Part shown: positions 31,063 through 40,532 of the stretch, in pieces
How positions within the stretch are numbered: position 1 is the first letter of the stretch
Layout of the letters: each line of letters opens with the position of its first letter
DNA from: a virus
Length of the DNA: 43,337 nucleotides
IMG/VR virus record: IMGVR_UViG_3300045988_011788
Direction: 5' to 3' (one strand)
Translations under genes and position numbers: made by a program
Notes under the pieces: generated by a model
The model's database searches: none
Told to the model about the DNA's origin: nothing
Seen by the model: the letters and a program-made list of their open reading frames with translations, nothing else

Positions 31063-31863
31063 TTAGACCGCCGTGAAATAATTCCCCACCAGCTCATGCG
31101 GCAAATACTGCAAGACGATCTTGCCACCAGCGGCCTCGCCGGTACGCTCGCAGAGGTACGTCTTGCCGTCCTCGCTGTCGAGGTAGTACTTGCCATACTC
31201 GTACTCCATGCCGCGGCTTGCGGGGATGGGGTCATCCTGCGTGCCCGCGTGCTCGGCATCGATGACCGCCCACAGCGCGGGCGTCTTGTCCGGCGTCCAG
31301 TCGGCCTGCGAGGTATGCGCCTGCCGACACTTGTGCACCTTGCCGCCGTAGCTTCTGCGGTCGCCCTCAGCGTAATCAACGGGGTACGCCCATGCTGTGA
31401 TGAGTTCCGGCACGCTCGCCGCCTCGCCGTCGCTAAGGCTGACCGCCGCCTGCTCAATGATGGGGCGCAGCTTCACCGCGCGGGCATACGTGACCGGCTC
31501 ACCCGCAAGGGCGGTAACGGTCGCTTTGACGCTCTCCGTCTCCGTGGGCTTGCCCATTTTGATACTGACCGTGCCGTCGCGGTGGTCGGTGATGGCCCCG
31601 CTTAAGCTGTACGCGCTGTTGTCCCACTCGTTGACGGCTTCCTCGGTCTCGCCCGTGGGATTGCCGTCGTTGTCGAGCTTGGCCACCGTCTCACGCAGAA
31701 CGATGCTCCACGGGGTGTTGTCGGGCAGCAGCGCCGCCGCCTCGGTGGTGGTCATCGTGAGCGTGATGGTCTTGATGTCACGGTCGCCCCACGCGCGGTC
31801 TTTGGGGTTGCCGGAGATCTCTGCGGGGTACTCGATGTTGTTAACTTTGATGTATGTTGCCAT
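31063..31863 (-). CDS. Tail-associated protein with a CBM5/12-type carbohydrate-binding motif
   Basis: YAEGDRRSYGGKVHKCRQAHTSQADWTPDKTPALWAVI matches the chitin-binding type-3 pattern (YxCxQxHTSxxxWxPxxxPALW). Confidence 0.62.
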   Translation of the reverse strand: MATYIKVNNIEYPAEISGNPKDRAWGDRDIKTITLTMTTTEAAALLPDNTPWSIVLRETVAKLDNDGNPTGETEEAVNEWDNSAYSLSGAITDHRDGTVSIKMGKPTETESVKATVTALAGEPVTYARAVKLRPIIEQAAVSLSDGEAASVPELITAWAYPVDYAEGDRRSYGGKVHKCRQAHTSQADWTPDKTPALWAVIDAEHAGTQDDPIPASRGMEYEYGKYYLDSEDGKTYLCERTGEAAGGKIVLQYLPHELVGNYFTAV

Positions 31864-31881
31864 AAATAATCAGTCCTTTCT

Positions 31882-33348
31882 TTAGAAGCAGAAGCCAAAG
31901 TCCACGGCCATCTCGTCGCTCGCGCCGTAGTAGTCGGGGCCGCCGCCGCTCGTGACATAGCAGAAACCCGTGGAGTCGCTGTCATGCGGAGAGCGCCCCC
32001 ACCAGTCGTCATCGCTGCCGTTTCGGCGCTTCACCTTACTGTTGCCCGCCTTGTAGTAGTCGTACTGCGTTCCCTCGCCCTTAGAGGAATAAATGACGCT
32101 GCCGAAAATCTCGATCTCGCTCAGCAGGAACAGCTTGTCCGCCGTGGTTTTTGGGCGGATGCTGCTGCTCAACATTGTCCGCTTATTCACCTCCCGGATG
32201 CCGTCCTGTACTTCTATCGGCATCAGCGCCAGAATGGCAGGCAAGTGCGTCTGCCGCATGGCGCAGCTCGTCCAGCCGCTCTTGCTGGTGTCGGAGTTGT
32301 TCATCTGCTTTGTGTCCGCGTAGCAGTCGTGCAGCTGGAACGTCAGCGGTGCCTTTCCGCCCGCAGTGTAGGTGTCGTGGTTCTTGCCGATGATGTCGAT
32401 CTGGTAGTCCACGCCATTGATGGTCATGGGTTTCTGGTCTGCTACCTTCCACGTTTCCGGCACTTCGTTGTTGTGACACGCCGCGATGATTTGCTCCCAC
32501 GTGTTGTTGGCAAATACGGGGTCGTAGCTCGGCTTAAACGTAATGTCATACCCCGTGCCATCAATCAGCGTCCGGCCCTTGAGGATGTTGTACACCGTGC
32601 CGTTGACCATGCACTTGCCGCCCTTGATGGTGTAGGCCGTGCCGTTGATGAGTGTCTTGTGCGCAGTGAGGTCGGGAATGACCACGTTACCGCTGTCGTC
32701 GACGAGGAGATTAGAGGGGAGGATAAAAGCTGGGCGGACACCGTTCGAGTTAGATGGGGAACCACTATTGCTGTAGTCACCACTTGTGGAGACGCGCCAC
32801 ACGATTTTGGCATCGTCGATACTCGGGGAGCGGAGCCACCAGTAGGCAGCCGAGCCGTTCAGGTACGCAATACGCTTGTTCAGCGCAGACGAACCGGTCC
32901 CAGACTCGAAGTAGGTAAGCTTCGCGCCGTCAACCGGGAAGTTTCTGTTGTCGCTGGTTGTGAAGCCAGCTTCGTAGACAGACAGCAGAAAAATCTTGCA
33001 GGACAGCCCATTTGCGCCAATCTGATCTGAGCCGTTGGGGCCGCCGTTCTTGTGGTACGGAATTTTGACCTGCTTGATTGCATTTTTGATGTTGCTGTCG
33101 AACAGGTTCAAGAACGTGCTGTTCAGGTAAGAGTGGATGTCGCTGCTTTCGTACTTGTTGATATTTTCGCTCTGCCAAACACGGTTCTCGTAGATGTCCT
33201 TCATCAGCAACCAAGTGCCGTTGCAGGATTCGTCATAAATGCTGCTCGGTTTCCCCTGATGGACGACGATGAACTCTTTTGCCGTACCGTTGACATTCAG
33301 CTTGACGATACTGCCGACAGCTTTGCTGCCGAGTTGTGCATTTGCCAT
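31882..33348 (-). CDS. Putative receptor-binding protein with two related domains carrying WW(L/G)RSP motifs
   Basis: 488 aa. AAYWWLRSPSIDD in the N-terminal half and DDDWWGRSPHDSD in the C-terminal half indicate an internal duplication. Confidence 0.6.
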   Translation of the reverse strand: MANAQLGSKAVGSIVKLNVNGTAKEFIVVHQGKPSSIYDESCNGTWLLMKDIYENRVWQSENINKYESSDIHSYLNSTFLNLFDSNIKNAIKQVKIPYHKNGGPNGSDQIGANGLSCKIFLLSVYEAGFTTSDNRNFPVDGAKLTYFESGTGSSALNKRIAYLNGSAAYWWLRSPSIDDAKIVWRVSTSGDYSNSGSPSNSNGVRPAFILPSNLLVDDSGNVVIPDLTAHKTLINGTAYTIKGGKCMVNGTVYNILKGRTLIDGTGYDITFKPSYDPVFANNTWEQIIAACHNNEVPETWKVADQKPMTINGVDYQIDIIGKNHDTYTAGGKAPLTFQLHDCYADTKQMNNSDTSKSGWTSCAMRQTHLPAILALMPIEVQDGIREVNKRTMLSSSIRPKTTADKLFLLSEIEIFGSVIYSSKGEGTQYDYYKAGNSKVKRRNGSDDDWWGRSPHDSDSTGFCYVTSGGGPDYYGASDEMAVDFGFCF

Positions 33349-33360
33349 CCTCTCGCCTCC

Positions 33361-34611
33361 TTAGCCGTACAGCCAGTTGATGGCGTAATTCTCGGTCGGC
33401 GTAGTCTCAACGTTCACAAGCGTCTGCTTGACGATGTTGCCGGATGCGATGTAGTCGCTACCCGCTACCGCCGCCACCAGCCCGCCTGAGCCATTGCCCT
33501 TGATGGGTTTGGTGGTGGAGGGGACGGACGGGATGACCGTCGTGTCTGGAAGCGCGCCCACCTCAGAGGCCGTGTAACTCGGCTTGGTCGGCGTCTTTGC
33601 CCACTCGGGCACGGTTGGGTCGCTCTCCGTGTAGCTCTGCAAAGCACTATCAGCTTTGCCCAAACTCGTCTGCACGTCCTTTGCAAGGTCGGATTTATCA
33701 ACGGTGTTCTTGAAAGCTAATTTGCCGAGGTCGGCGAACCACTTTGCAACCTTCCCAAACAGCACGGAGAGCTTTTCACCCGTCGCAATGTTCACCCGCG
33801 TGCTTGCCTCAGTGAATGCTGCCGTGACGTTGCTGCCATTGCCAGTCTTGTCCAGCTTATTGACGAGCGCCGAGTACACGCCGCCCGACTGCACAGGATT
33901 GGTGCTGCCCTGCGTAGGCGTTGCGTCAGTAGTCACCTTGACGTCTTTGATAGCATTGTCAACATATGCAAAGATGTCCTGATGCTTGTTGTTAGGGTCA
34001 TACACAGACGCCAGCATGTCACCCGTACCAGCGCCGGAAGCGCCTCGGCAATAGCCCGCGTCATAGCTCGTGCCGTCCGACAGCGTCACGATAAGGTGAT
34101 AGTCGCTCTGCCGGATGGTGATGCCAGTAATCGTGGGAGCATCTGCGCCGGGATTGCCCTGTGGACCAATTTCACCCTGAATACCCTGCTTACCCTGTTC
34201 ACCCTGAATACCCTGCTTACCCTGTTCACCCTGTTCACCCTTTTCGAGTACAAGGTTGAGCACCTGATTCGGGGCTTCTCCGGTAATGGTCGCGCTCGCC
34301 ACCTTGCCGGACGTGACCGAGCCAATCGTCAGCACGTTTGTAGGGCCAGTCGCACCTGTCGCGCCGGTATCGCCCTTGCTACCCTGCGGAATGCCAAGTG
34401 CCAGCGTACCAGTCGACTTGTCGTAAGTCGCCGTTGCTGAGCTTCCTGCGGGCAGCGTTGTCACCGTGACCGATACAACGCTCAGCGTGACAAACTTCAG
34501 CAGCGTTTCGCCTTTCAGCATCTTCGCCTCGCCGCCCTGCTCAAGCACAAACTGGTCTTCGTTAGTGATCTGTAACGCTTGCGTGAGGTCGGAAATTGCT
34601 TTATCAGCCAT
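33361..34611 (-). CDS. Tail fibre protein with collagen-like Gly-X-Y tracts
   Basis: GSKGDTGATGATGP and GEQGEQGKQGIQGEQGKQGIQGEIGPQGNPG. Confidence 0.8.
   Translation of the reverse strand: MADKAISDLTQALQITNEDQFVLEQGGEAKMLKGETLLKFVTLSVVSVTVTTLPAGSSATATYDKSTGTLALGIPQGSKGDTGATGATGPTNVLTIGSVTSGKVASATITGEAPNQVLNLVLEKGEQGEQGKQGIQGEQGKQGIQGEIGPQGNPGADAPTITGITIRQSDYHLIVTLSDGTSYDAGYCRGASGAGTGDMLASVYDPNNKHQDIFAYVDNAIKDVKVTTDATPTQGSTNPVQSGGVYSALVNKLDKTGNGSNVTAAFTEASTRVNIATGEKLSVLFGKVAKWFADLGKLAFKNTVDKSDLAKDVQTSLGKADSALQSYTESDPTVPEWAKTPTKPSYTASEVGALPDTTVIPSVPSTTKPIKGNGSGGLVAAVAGSDYIASGNIVKQTLVNVETTPTENYAINWLYG
34173..34226. repeat. Exact 27-bp tandem duplication within the collagen-like tract
   Basis: caccctgaataccctgcttaccctgtt occurs twice in tandem, in frame. 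Confidence 0.9.
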
Positions 34612-34882
34612 CGGTTGCCTCGCTTTCTTCGGGCGCTTTCGCGGTTTCGGCTTCGCCGTCCTTTACTTTTTTTGCTTTCTTTTTTGCATCCTCAAGCTGA
34701 TATTTCAGCGCGACAAGCTCGCGCTTGTCTTTCTCCTGCTCTTCCGCCTCGCGATGTAAAATCTCATAAGCCTTTTGAATCTGCGCCTTGACGACGCTGA
34801 TCTTGCCCGCCTCCGAGCCCAAAACCAACGTGTTATTCAGCGTGTCAAACGCGTTGCTCAAAAGTTCCATTGCTTCTTTCAT
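34604..34882 (-). CDS. Small coiled-coil protein in the fibre module
   Basis: 92 aa, K/E-rich, with overlapping stop/start on both sides. Confidence 0.55.
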   Translation of the reverse strand: MKEAMELLSNAFDTLNNTLVLGSEAGKISVVKAQIQKAYEILHREAEEQEKDKRELVALKYQLEDAKKKAKKVKDGEAETAKAPEESEATDG

Positions 34883-36285
34883 GCCGATGCCTCCAATCTT
34901 CTAATCCGCGCTTCCTGCTCGCGCACCTTGGCCCACAGAATTGGGATAAACTCACTGTACCGCAGAAAATAGGTCTCGCTGCCGTCATCAAGCTTGGCCG
35001 CCGCCCAGCCCGCGAATTCCTGCGAATCAATGCCGCACGCGCGCATGGCGTCCTCTACCTCCTGCGCGATGAAGCCTGTGTGATAGCGTCCGCTCGTGCC
35101 GCTGTTCAGCTTGTAGCGCTTCGGCTCGACGAGCTCAAACATGCGCACGTACTTCACCGGCAGCGCCTCAATGCTGTTCTTGATGTTCCGGTCGGACCCG
35201 TTCAACTCGTTCGTGCTGCAATAGATCGTGCTCCAAACAAAATTTGGTGCGCCAAGATTGTACCGGTTATCTGCATTCGGGGCGAAATCGCCGCGGCAAT
35301 CGATGAAGTCGTAGTCGAAATTGAGCGCTGATCTTCCGTTATTCCCCGACAGATACAGGTTTCCGCTCGTCGCGTTCAACTCCATAGCCTTGCTCTCGAG
35401 CGTCATTTTGTAGTCCGCCGTGCTGGCGTACTCGGTATAGATGTAACCGCAGCGCCGTCCGTTGTCGTTGCGCACCGTGATCGTGTCGCCCTCGATCTCG
35501 CTTGCCGTCAGCGTGCCGTCAATGTTGACGGCGTCAACGTGCAAGTCGATCGAACCGGTCGAATCAACGACAACACCATTACTGAGAATTTTGAACGTCG
35601 TACCGCTGCTGCTGCTCGATACGCTCAGCGTGATCTTGTCAATGCTCTGGTCGATCATGCTCTGTGCTGTGCTGCCGTCGATCTTGCCCGAGACAGTCGT
35701 GCGCAAGCCGTTGATATCGGCCTTGATGTTGGTAATGCTGCCGTTGAGGCTCGAAATATTGGCCTCAATGCCGTCAATGGACGTCGACAGCGACGTCACG
35801 CGCCCATCAACGCCCTTGACCTTGAGCATGATCTCCTCGCTGGTCTTGGTGATAGTCGAGCGTGTTTCGGCAATCTTGCGATTGAACTCTTGTGTGATGT
35901 ACCCCTCAGCTGGGTATTCGTCTTCCATCTCTGCTTCCCCGGGGGAAGAAATACCCGCGTATCCGCGCCCATCATCAGAGAGTTTAGAAAGCGGCGAATA
36001 AATGCCCCCAACCGTCACGCCGTCGCCCAGCTCTGCCGCCGGATCGATGTTTGCCGCGCCTGCTTCGTACGCCTGATACTGGTAGCCTTTCATGGTTTGC
36101 AGTAACGCGCTTACCATTGGCTGCGTGGCGTGAGGGCAACTTGCAATAACTTCCATGCCGGTATCATCGCCCGCCGTCAGGCTGTTTTCATCATCCACAA
36201 GCAACGTCACACGGGAAATAGGCTTATACTTGCCGTTGTCGGAAAAACTCGTAATGTCGCCACCGACGTAATATTTATCAGACAA
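34879..36285 (-). CDS. Tail fibre/spike protein with a C-terminal intramolecular chaperone (peptidase S74) domain
   Basis: The C-terminus GSDRNIKNSIEAL...YHTGFIAQEVEDAM...YSEFIPILWAKVREQEARIRRLE is the endosialidase-chaperone autoproteolytic domain pattern. Confidence 0.83.
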   Translation of the reverse strand: MSDKYYVGGDITSFSDNGKYKPISRVTLLVDDENSLTAGDDTGMEVIASCPHATQPMVSALLQTMKGYQYQAYEAGAANIDPAAELGDGVTVGGIYSPLSKLSDDGRGYAGISSPGEAEMEDEYPAEGYITQEFNRKIAETRSTITKTSEEIMLKVKGVDGRVTSLSTSIDGIEANISSLNGSITNIKADINGLRTTVSGKIDGSTAQSMIDQSIDKITLSVSSSSSGTTFKILSNGVVVDSTGSIDLHVDAVNIDGTLTASEIEGDTITVRNDNGRRCGYIYTEYASTADYKMTLESKAMELNATSGNLYLSGNNGRSALNFDYDFIDCRGDFAPNADNRYNLGAPNFVWSTIYCSTNELNGSDRNIKNSIEALPVKYVRMFELVEPKRYKLNSGTSGRYHTGFIAQEVEDAMRACGIDSQEFAGWAAAKLDDGSETYFLRYSEFIPILWAKVREQEARIRRLEASA

Positions 36286-36955
36286 GAATCCTCACCCCTC
36301 CAAATGTGATAGCGTTGCCCGCTTCTGTAATGAGATAGTTCGTCTCGGTAGGCATGGACAACAACGGAATAAGCAACAGTTTCCCTGCATCGGTAATAAT
36401 CCAGTTCCCGCCGTGCGCCGCTGCGATAAAACATAGCTCATTGCGGATGGTATAATCATTTGCGGGATAGTCGATGGTATATGAGCTATTGAGCACTGTG
36501 CGGCTATCCAGCTCCACGCCCATCAACTGGCAAAAGATATTTACAGCGTCAGGCATAGTCATCGGGAAGTTAAGCGACTGTTCTGGCTCCCACACAACGT
36601 CAGCCTTTCTCATAGCGTCGTATGCTTCGAGTTCCCAATAATTCCCATCGCAGGAACGGCGGTTGGTAAAAAACACGCCCTTTGGGATCCAGTCTGTCGC
36701 CTGACTGCCATTAACAAGCCTGAGATAGCGATTGATCGTCGCGGCGCGCGGGATATTGTCCGCGACGACTGCGAGTTTCAGCGTCGCGCAACAGGCATTG
36801 CCGATGCCAAATTCTTCAAACAGCTGAGATTCAACAGAGTGGGAAACCTCCGCGTCTTTCCCGTATTCCACACCATTGATGATAAATTTGTATTCGCGTT
36901 CCGTCCCGGGCTTGTGAAGCAGCTCGCGCCACAGCGCACTTGTCGTCTGCCCCAT
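36278..36955 (-). CDS. Tail/baseplate hub-like protein (Tal N-terminal-like)
   Basis: 225 aa, between the Dit-like gene and the fibre gene. Confidence 0.55.
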   Translation of the reverse strand: MGQTTSALWRELLHKPGTEREYKFIINGVEYGKDAEVSHSVESQLFEEFGIGNACCATLKLAVVADNIPRAATINRYLRLVNGSQATDWIPKGVFFTNRRSCDGNYWELEAYDAMRKADVVWEPEQSLNFPMTMPDAVNIFCQLMGVELDSRTVLNSSYTIDYPANDYTIRNELCFIAAAHGGNWIITDAGKLLLIPLLSMPTETNYLITEAGNAITFGGVRILV

Positions 36956-36956
36956 A

Positions 36957-37316
36957 TCACACCTCGATCAAGTTAAACGTCGCGCCGCCCCACACCTCAT
37001 TGTCGTCTGCTGCTTCTTCGAGCGTGCATTCCATCGACGAGCAATAAAACGTGCTGGTTCTGACGCCATGCAGATCGAGATACTTGGCCGTGACCGTTGT
37101 CTCATTAAGGTCATCATCGAGCTTTGCCAGCTTATCGCGAGGCATAGAGCGCGTTGTATAGTTCAGCTTTCGCTTGCTGGTAATCTTGTCACGGCGCATT
37201 TTCCCATCTTTTGTGCGGGTGGTCTTATCGCTGTCGAGGTCGTTGCGGCTCCACCCATAACCCTTTGTGGCGATAAAATCGGAGTAGTCCGTGCCGTTGA
37301 TAATAAGGACTTCCAT
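36957..37316 (-). CDS. Distal tail protein-like small tail component
   Basis: 119 aa, immediately after the tape measure gene. Confidence 0.5.
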   Translation of the reverse strand: MEVLIINGTDYSDFIATKGYGWSRNDLDSDKTTRTKDGKMRRDKITSKRKLNYTTRSMPRDKLAKLDDDLNETTVTAKYLDLHGVRTSTFYCSSMECTLEEAADDNEVWGGATFNLIEV

Positions 37317-37327
37317 GTTACCCCTCC

Positions 37328-39289
37328 TTAGTACAACAGCACGGGCTTACCTGCCACGCGCGTCATGTTGTTGATATTCTTCACGGTGCTACGTGCGATT
37401 TCCTTGCCGTCGAGCTGCACCACGACCGTAGTTGCACCGCCGCCGGATTCCGCCATTGCCTGCTTAAATGCTTCGACCATCGTTGCAAGCGGCGTTTCGA
37501 TGTTCGTCCCGCTCTTCTGGTCGCCCAGCACGGCGAGAAATTCTTTGTTGGGCGGAATGACTGCGCCGGTTGCCAGACGCGGAAGATGTACTTCGGAAAG
37601 CGAGGAAAGATGCCCCCCGATGCTTTTACCGCCAAGACCCGGAACCCAGCTCGGGACGGTAAACTTAATCGTGTTGATCTTGCTGATAAGCCAATTCAAT
37701 CCCTTGATAATGGCGTTCACCGCGCTTTCAGCAATAATGACGATGCTGTTCCAAATGCCTTTAAACACTTTTTTGACACCATTCCATGCAGAATTCCAGT
37801 CACCAGTGAACACGCCCTTGATAAACTGGATAATGCCGCCAAGGATGTTATCTTTAAGGTTTCTCGCAAACTCGGTCAAATTGCCAGTCAGAGCAAGCAC
37901 AGCGGTAACTACCGTAGCAATTCCCGCAATCACAAGTGGGATGACACTACCGGTCAGAAAGAAGAATCCCAACCCCGTTGCCACAATGCCAGCAATCAGT
38001 AACAGCGTGTTTTTGAGATTTGCACCGTTATCACAAATGTCCTTAAACGCTGTGATAATCATTGCTGCGCCAGCCACTACAAGGCCGATGCCAGCCCCAA
38101 CTTTGCCGAATGCGATTGCAAGCCCCCCGGCAAGCGCCGCTGTGCCTGCAAGCATTTCAAGCAGATTCCCCCAGTTAACGCCGTTATTCCATGCGTCGGA
38201 TAAGCCGTCCCACAGAAGAATCAATCCTCCAACCGCGATAAGGATGCCGCCGAGCTTTTGCAGAATAGTGCCAAGCACACCCGGCAAGCTGCTGCTGATT
38301 TTCCACAGCGCTAATCCTGCCGCAATGAGCATGACTGCATCGGCGATTTTTTTTAAGCGGTCGCTGATGTCGTCCATGTAGCTAAAGTCCGGAGTGATTG
38401 CGTCAGCGGATGCGCCACCGCCCGCATCGTTTGCGGTATCGGTGGAAATCTGGTTGATCTCATCAAACGCCGCAAGCTGACTTGCCGCTTTCTTCGCGGC
38501 ACTGCCCGTTCCCTTTAATGCGCTGGTCTCTTTGTTTAGCGCCTTTGCCGAGTTAGCAGTTGCCTTGACGCTCTTGCCAGAGATAAGCGCCACAAGACGC
38601 GTGATTTGCGAGACTACTGCCGTAATAACTTTTACAAGCAGTGTAAAGGCGGGGACAATTACGCTTACAAGAGGCTGTGCCAGCGTCAAAAGCACTCCTT
38701 TAAGCTGCGCAATGGATTCTCTTGCCTCGGAGTTTACCATTACGACGTTCTTTACCCAGTCGCGCACTTTTGTTAAAGCTTGGGTAATAACTGTAAAAAC
38801 AAGTGCGCTGCGGACAACAGATTTTACGCGCTGTCCAAATACTTTCATGGAATCTGCCGCCGCTTCGGTTGCATTGCGCAGCCCTGCGCCTTTGGCTCTG
38901 CCCTCGATCTGCTGTGTTAGCTCGACTGCCTGCGTTTTCGCGTCGGAAATCTTATCGCCGGTTTTGTTGAGCTTTTCGTTGAGCTTATCAATGCTATTTG
39001 CAGTTTTGTTAAATTCGCTTTGCAGCATTCGCACGCGCTCGGCCTGCTCGGACACGTCGATTTTCTCATACGTGCCTTTTGGCGCTGTGCGCATATCGGC
39101 AAGCTCCTGTTTCGCCGCATCCAGCTCTGCTCCGATGTTGCGCAGCCGGTCTTCCATCGGCGTTTTCTGGTCGCCGAGCCTTTTAAACTCCTTTTGTAAG
39201 GATTCGATATTGCTTTTTACTTTGTTCAACTCCTGATGGAGTTTTTTGTCGCTAATAGTCGCTTCAAATACGACTTCGCCGTCAGCCAT
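37328..39289 (-). CDS. Tape measure protein
   Basis: Start refined to MADGEVVFEATI behind aaggtga. 653 aa with a coiled-coil N-terminus and a long Gly/Ala/Ile-rich multi-TM-like centre. Confidence 0.9.
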   Translation of the reverse strand: MADGEVVFEATISDKKLHQELNKVKSNIESLQKEFKRLGDQKTPMEDRLRNIGAELDAAKQELADMRTAPKGTYEKIDVSEQAERVRMLQSEFNKTANSIDKLNEKLNKTGDKISDAKTQAVELTQQIEGRAKGAGLRNATEAAADSMKVFGQRVKSVVRSALVFTVITQALTKVRDWVKNVVMVNSEARESIAQLKGVLLTLAQPLVSVIVPAFTLLVKVITAVVSQITRLVALISGKSVKATANSAKALNKETSALKGTGSAAKKAASQLAAFDEINQISTDTANDAGGGASADAITPDFSYMDDISDRLKKIADAVMLIAAGLALWKISSSLPGVLGTILQKLGGILIAVGGLILLWDGLSDAWNNGVNWGNLLEMLAGTAALAGGLAIAFGKVGAGIGLVVAGAAMIITAFKDICDNGANLKNTLLLIAGIVATGLGFFFLTGSVIPLVIAGIATVVTAVLALTGNLTEFARNLKDNILGGIIQFIKGVFTGDWNSAWNGVKKVFKGIWNSIVIIAESAVNAIIKGLNWLISKINTIKFTVPSWVPGLGGKSIGGHLSSLSEVHLPRLATGAVIPPNKEFLAVLGDQKSGTNIETPLATMVEAFKQAMAESGGGATTVVVQLDGKEIARSTVKNINNMTRVAGKPVLLY

Positions 39290-39301
39290 AATATCACCTT
39301 C

Positions 39302-39330
39302 TTGCTTTTTGGTTTTTTGCGTGATATCAT
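39302..39330 (+). promoter_or_regulatory. Candidate promoter of the antisense moron
   Basis: TTGCTT-17 nt-TATCAT, about 38 nt upstream of the ATG at 39368 and its AAGGAGGA SD. Confidence 0.45.
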
Positions 39331-39367
39331 CCAAGCAGCCATAAATAATGGCAAGGAGGAATGAAAA

Positions 39368-39946
39368 ATGGATAAGATGACTACTTGCAAGGTATGCGGG
39401 GCATCTATCGCAAAATCCGCTACCACTTGCCCGCAGTGTGGAGCCAAGCAGAAAAAGCGCCACCCAGTGCTGGGGATTATCATTGCTATTTTCGGCATTT
39501 GCATGATTGCCGCCGCATTAAACGACATGGGCGATGATCCTGGCGCGGAGAAACAAACGTTTAGTGTTGGAGAAACCGCCGAGCTAAACGGAATCAGTGT
39601 AAAGTTTGATTCTTGCGCCGAAAGCAATGGATCGCAGTTCAACACCCCTGATGACGGTAATGTGTTTTTGCTTTGTGAATTCTCCATTGATAACCAGTCG
39701 GATAAAGATATTGCCGTTAGCTCTATCGCATCGTTCAACGCCTATGTTGATGACTACTCGACAAATCTGAGCATTTCGGCCACCATCGCAACCGATAAAC
39801 CCCAGTTAGATGGAGCCGTTGCTGCCGGTAAGAAAATGACCGGTGTTGTCGGATACGAAGTCCCCAAAAACTGGGAAGAAATTGAAATCCGCTTTACTCC
39901 CGACTTTTGGTCTGGAAACGAAATTGAATTCATTGCAAACAAGTAA
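39368..39946 (+). CDS. Zinc-ribbon / TM / DUF4352-like beta-sandwich protein (moron, opposite strand to the tail operon)
   Basis: CKVCG...CPQCG, the TM helix VLGIIIAIFGICMIAAAL, then ...FSVGETAELNGISVKFDS...VFLLCEFSIDNQSDKDI...GYEVPKNWEEIEI, typical of DUF4352. Confidence 0.8.
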   Translation: MDKMTTCKVCGASIAKSATTCPQCGAKQKKRHPVLGIIIAIFGICMIAAALNDMGDDPGAEKQTFSVGETAELNGISVKFDSCAESNGSQFNTPDDGNVFLLCEFSIDNQSDKDIAVSSIASFNAYVDDYSTNLSISATIATDKPQLDGAVAAGKKMTGVVGYEVPKNWEEIEIRFTPDFWSGNEIEFIANK

Positions 39947-39953
39947 CCATCTT

Positions 39954-39986
39954 CGCCCGATGCTATTTTGCGTCGGGCGTTTTTTT
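39954..39986 (+). terminator. Rho-independent terminator of the moron
   Basis: CGCCCGA-12 nt-TCGGGCG followed by TTTTTTT. It overlaps the last codons of the minus-strand Gp15-like gene. Confidence 0.7.
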
Positions 39987-40532
39987 GCCCAACCACGCAT
40001 TGATCGTGTCGTTTTCTTCTTCCGTCATCGGCTTATTTAGATCGACAAGCCGCCTGTTTTCTCGGTAAAATTCTCGATCCGACTTGTCGAGCGTTTTTCC
40101 TTTTGCTTTCAGGTTGCGAATTCGAACGATGTTTGCAAACAAGCAATCCCCGATTTCGTAGTACGCCGAGACGAATGACCACCAATGGAAATAAGGCATT
40201 GCGCGCACTTCATGTCCCACAACGTGGTTGATGGGAGCCACGATGTATTGGAAGTCTTGCTCCCAATCCATCAATTTAGGTCGCTTTTGATTATCGCCTT
40301 CATCGCCGCAGTCGAGAAACCATGTCATCTGTTTCACGGCTTCTGGAATGTGCTCATCCGGCATTTTTAAGAAGTCTGGATAAAAGATATCCAGCGCCGC
40401 AATCACTTTTTGCTCGTTTGTCAGATCAGTCGCAGCAAATGCCGCCAGCACGTCAAGCGCCGCGCGATAGTCCGAGCGAATTTCATAGTCAACGCCGCAA
40501 ACGCTCAGCGAGGTTGGAAGATCGTACATCAT
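39963..40532 (-). CDS. Bacteriophage Gp15-family protein (tail assembly, upstream of the tape measure gene)
   Basis: LPTSLSVCGVDYEIRSDYRAALDVL...IFYPDF matches the Gp15 family pattern. Confidence 0.7.
   Translation of the reverse strand: MMYDLPTSLSVCGVDYEIRSDYRAALDVLAAFAATDLTNEQKVIAALDIFYPDFLKMPDEHIPEAVKQMTWFLDCGDEGDNQKRPKLMDWEQDFQYIVAPINHVVGHEVRAMPYFHWWSFVSAYYEIGDCLFANIVRIRNLKAKGKTLDKSDREFYRENRRLVDLNKPMTEEENDTINAWLGKKTPDAK

Noticed and set aside
31041-31457. N-terminal 139 codons of the 239-aa track ORF 30738-31457
   Set aside because: The sequence is extremely Arg/Ser/Thr/Ala-rich and overlaps the CBM-containing gene out of frame. A clean ATG at 31040 (MDNAKHYDD) gives a 100-aa XhlA-like protein. 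Similar trimming was applied to 11597-12862, 16007-16495, 8949-9449, 29325-29780 and 37328-39463.
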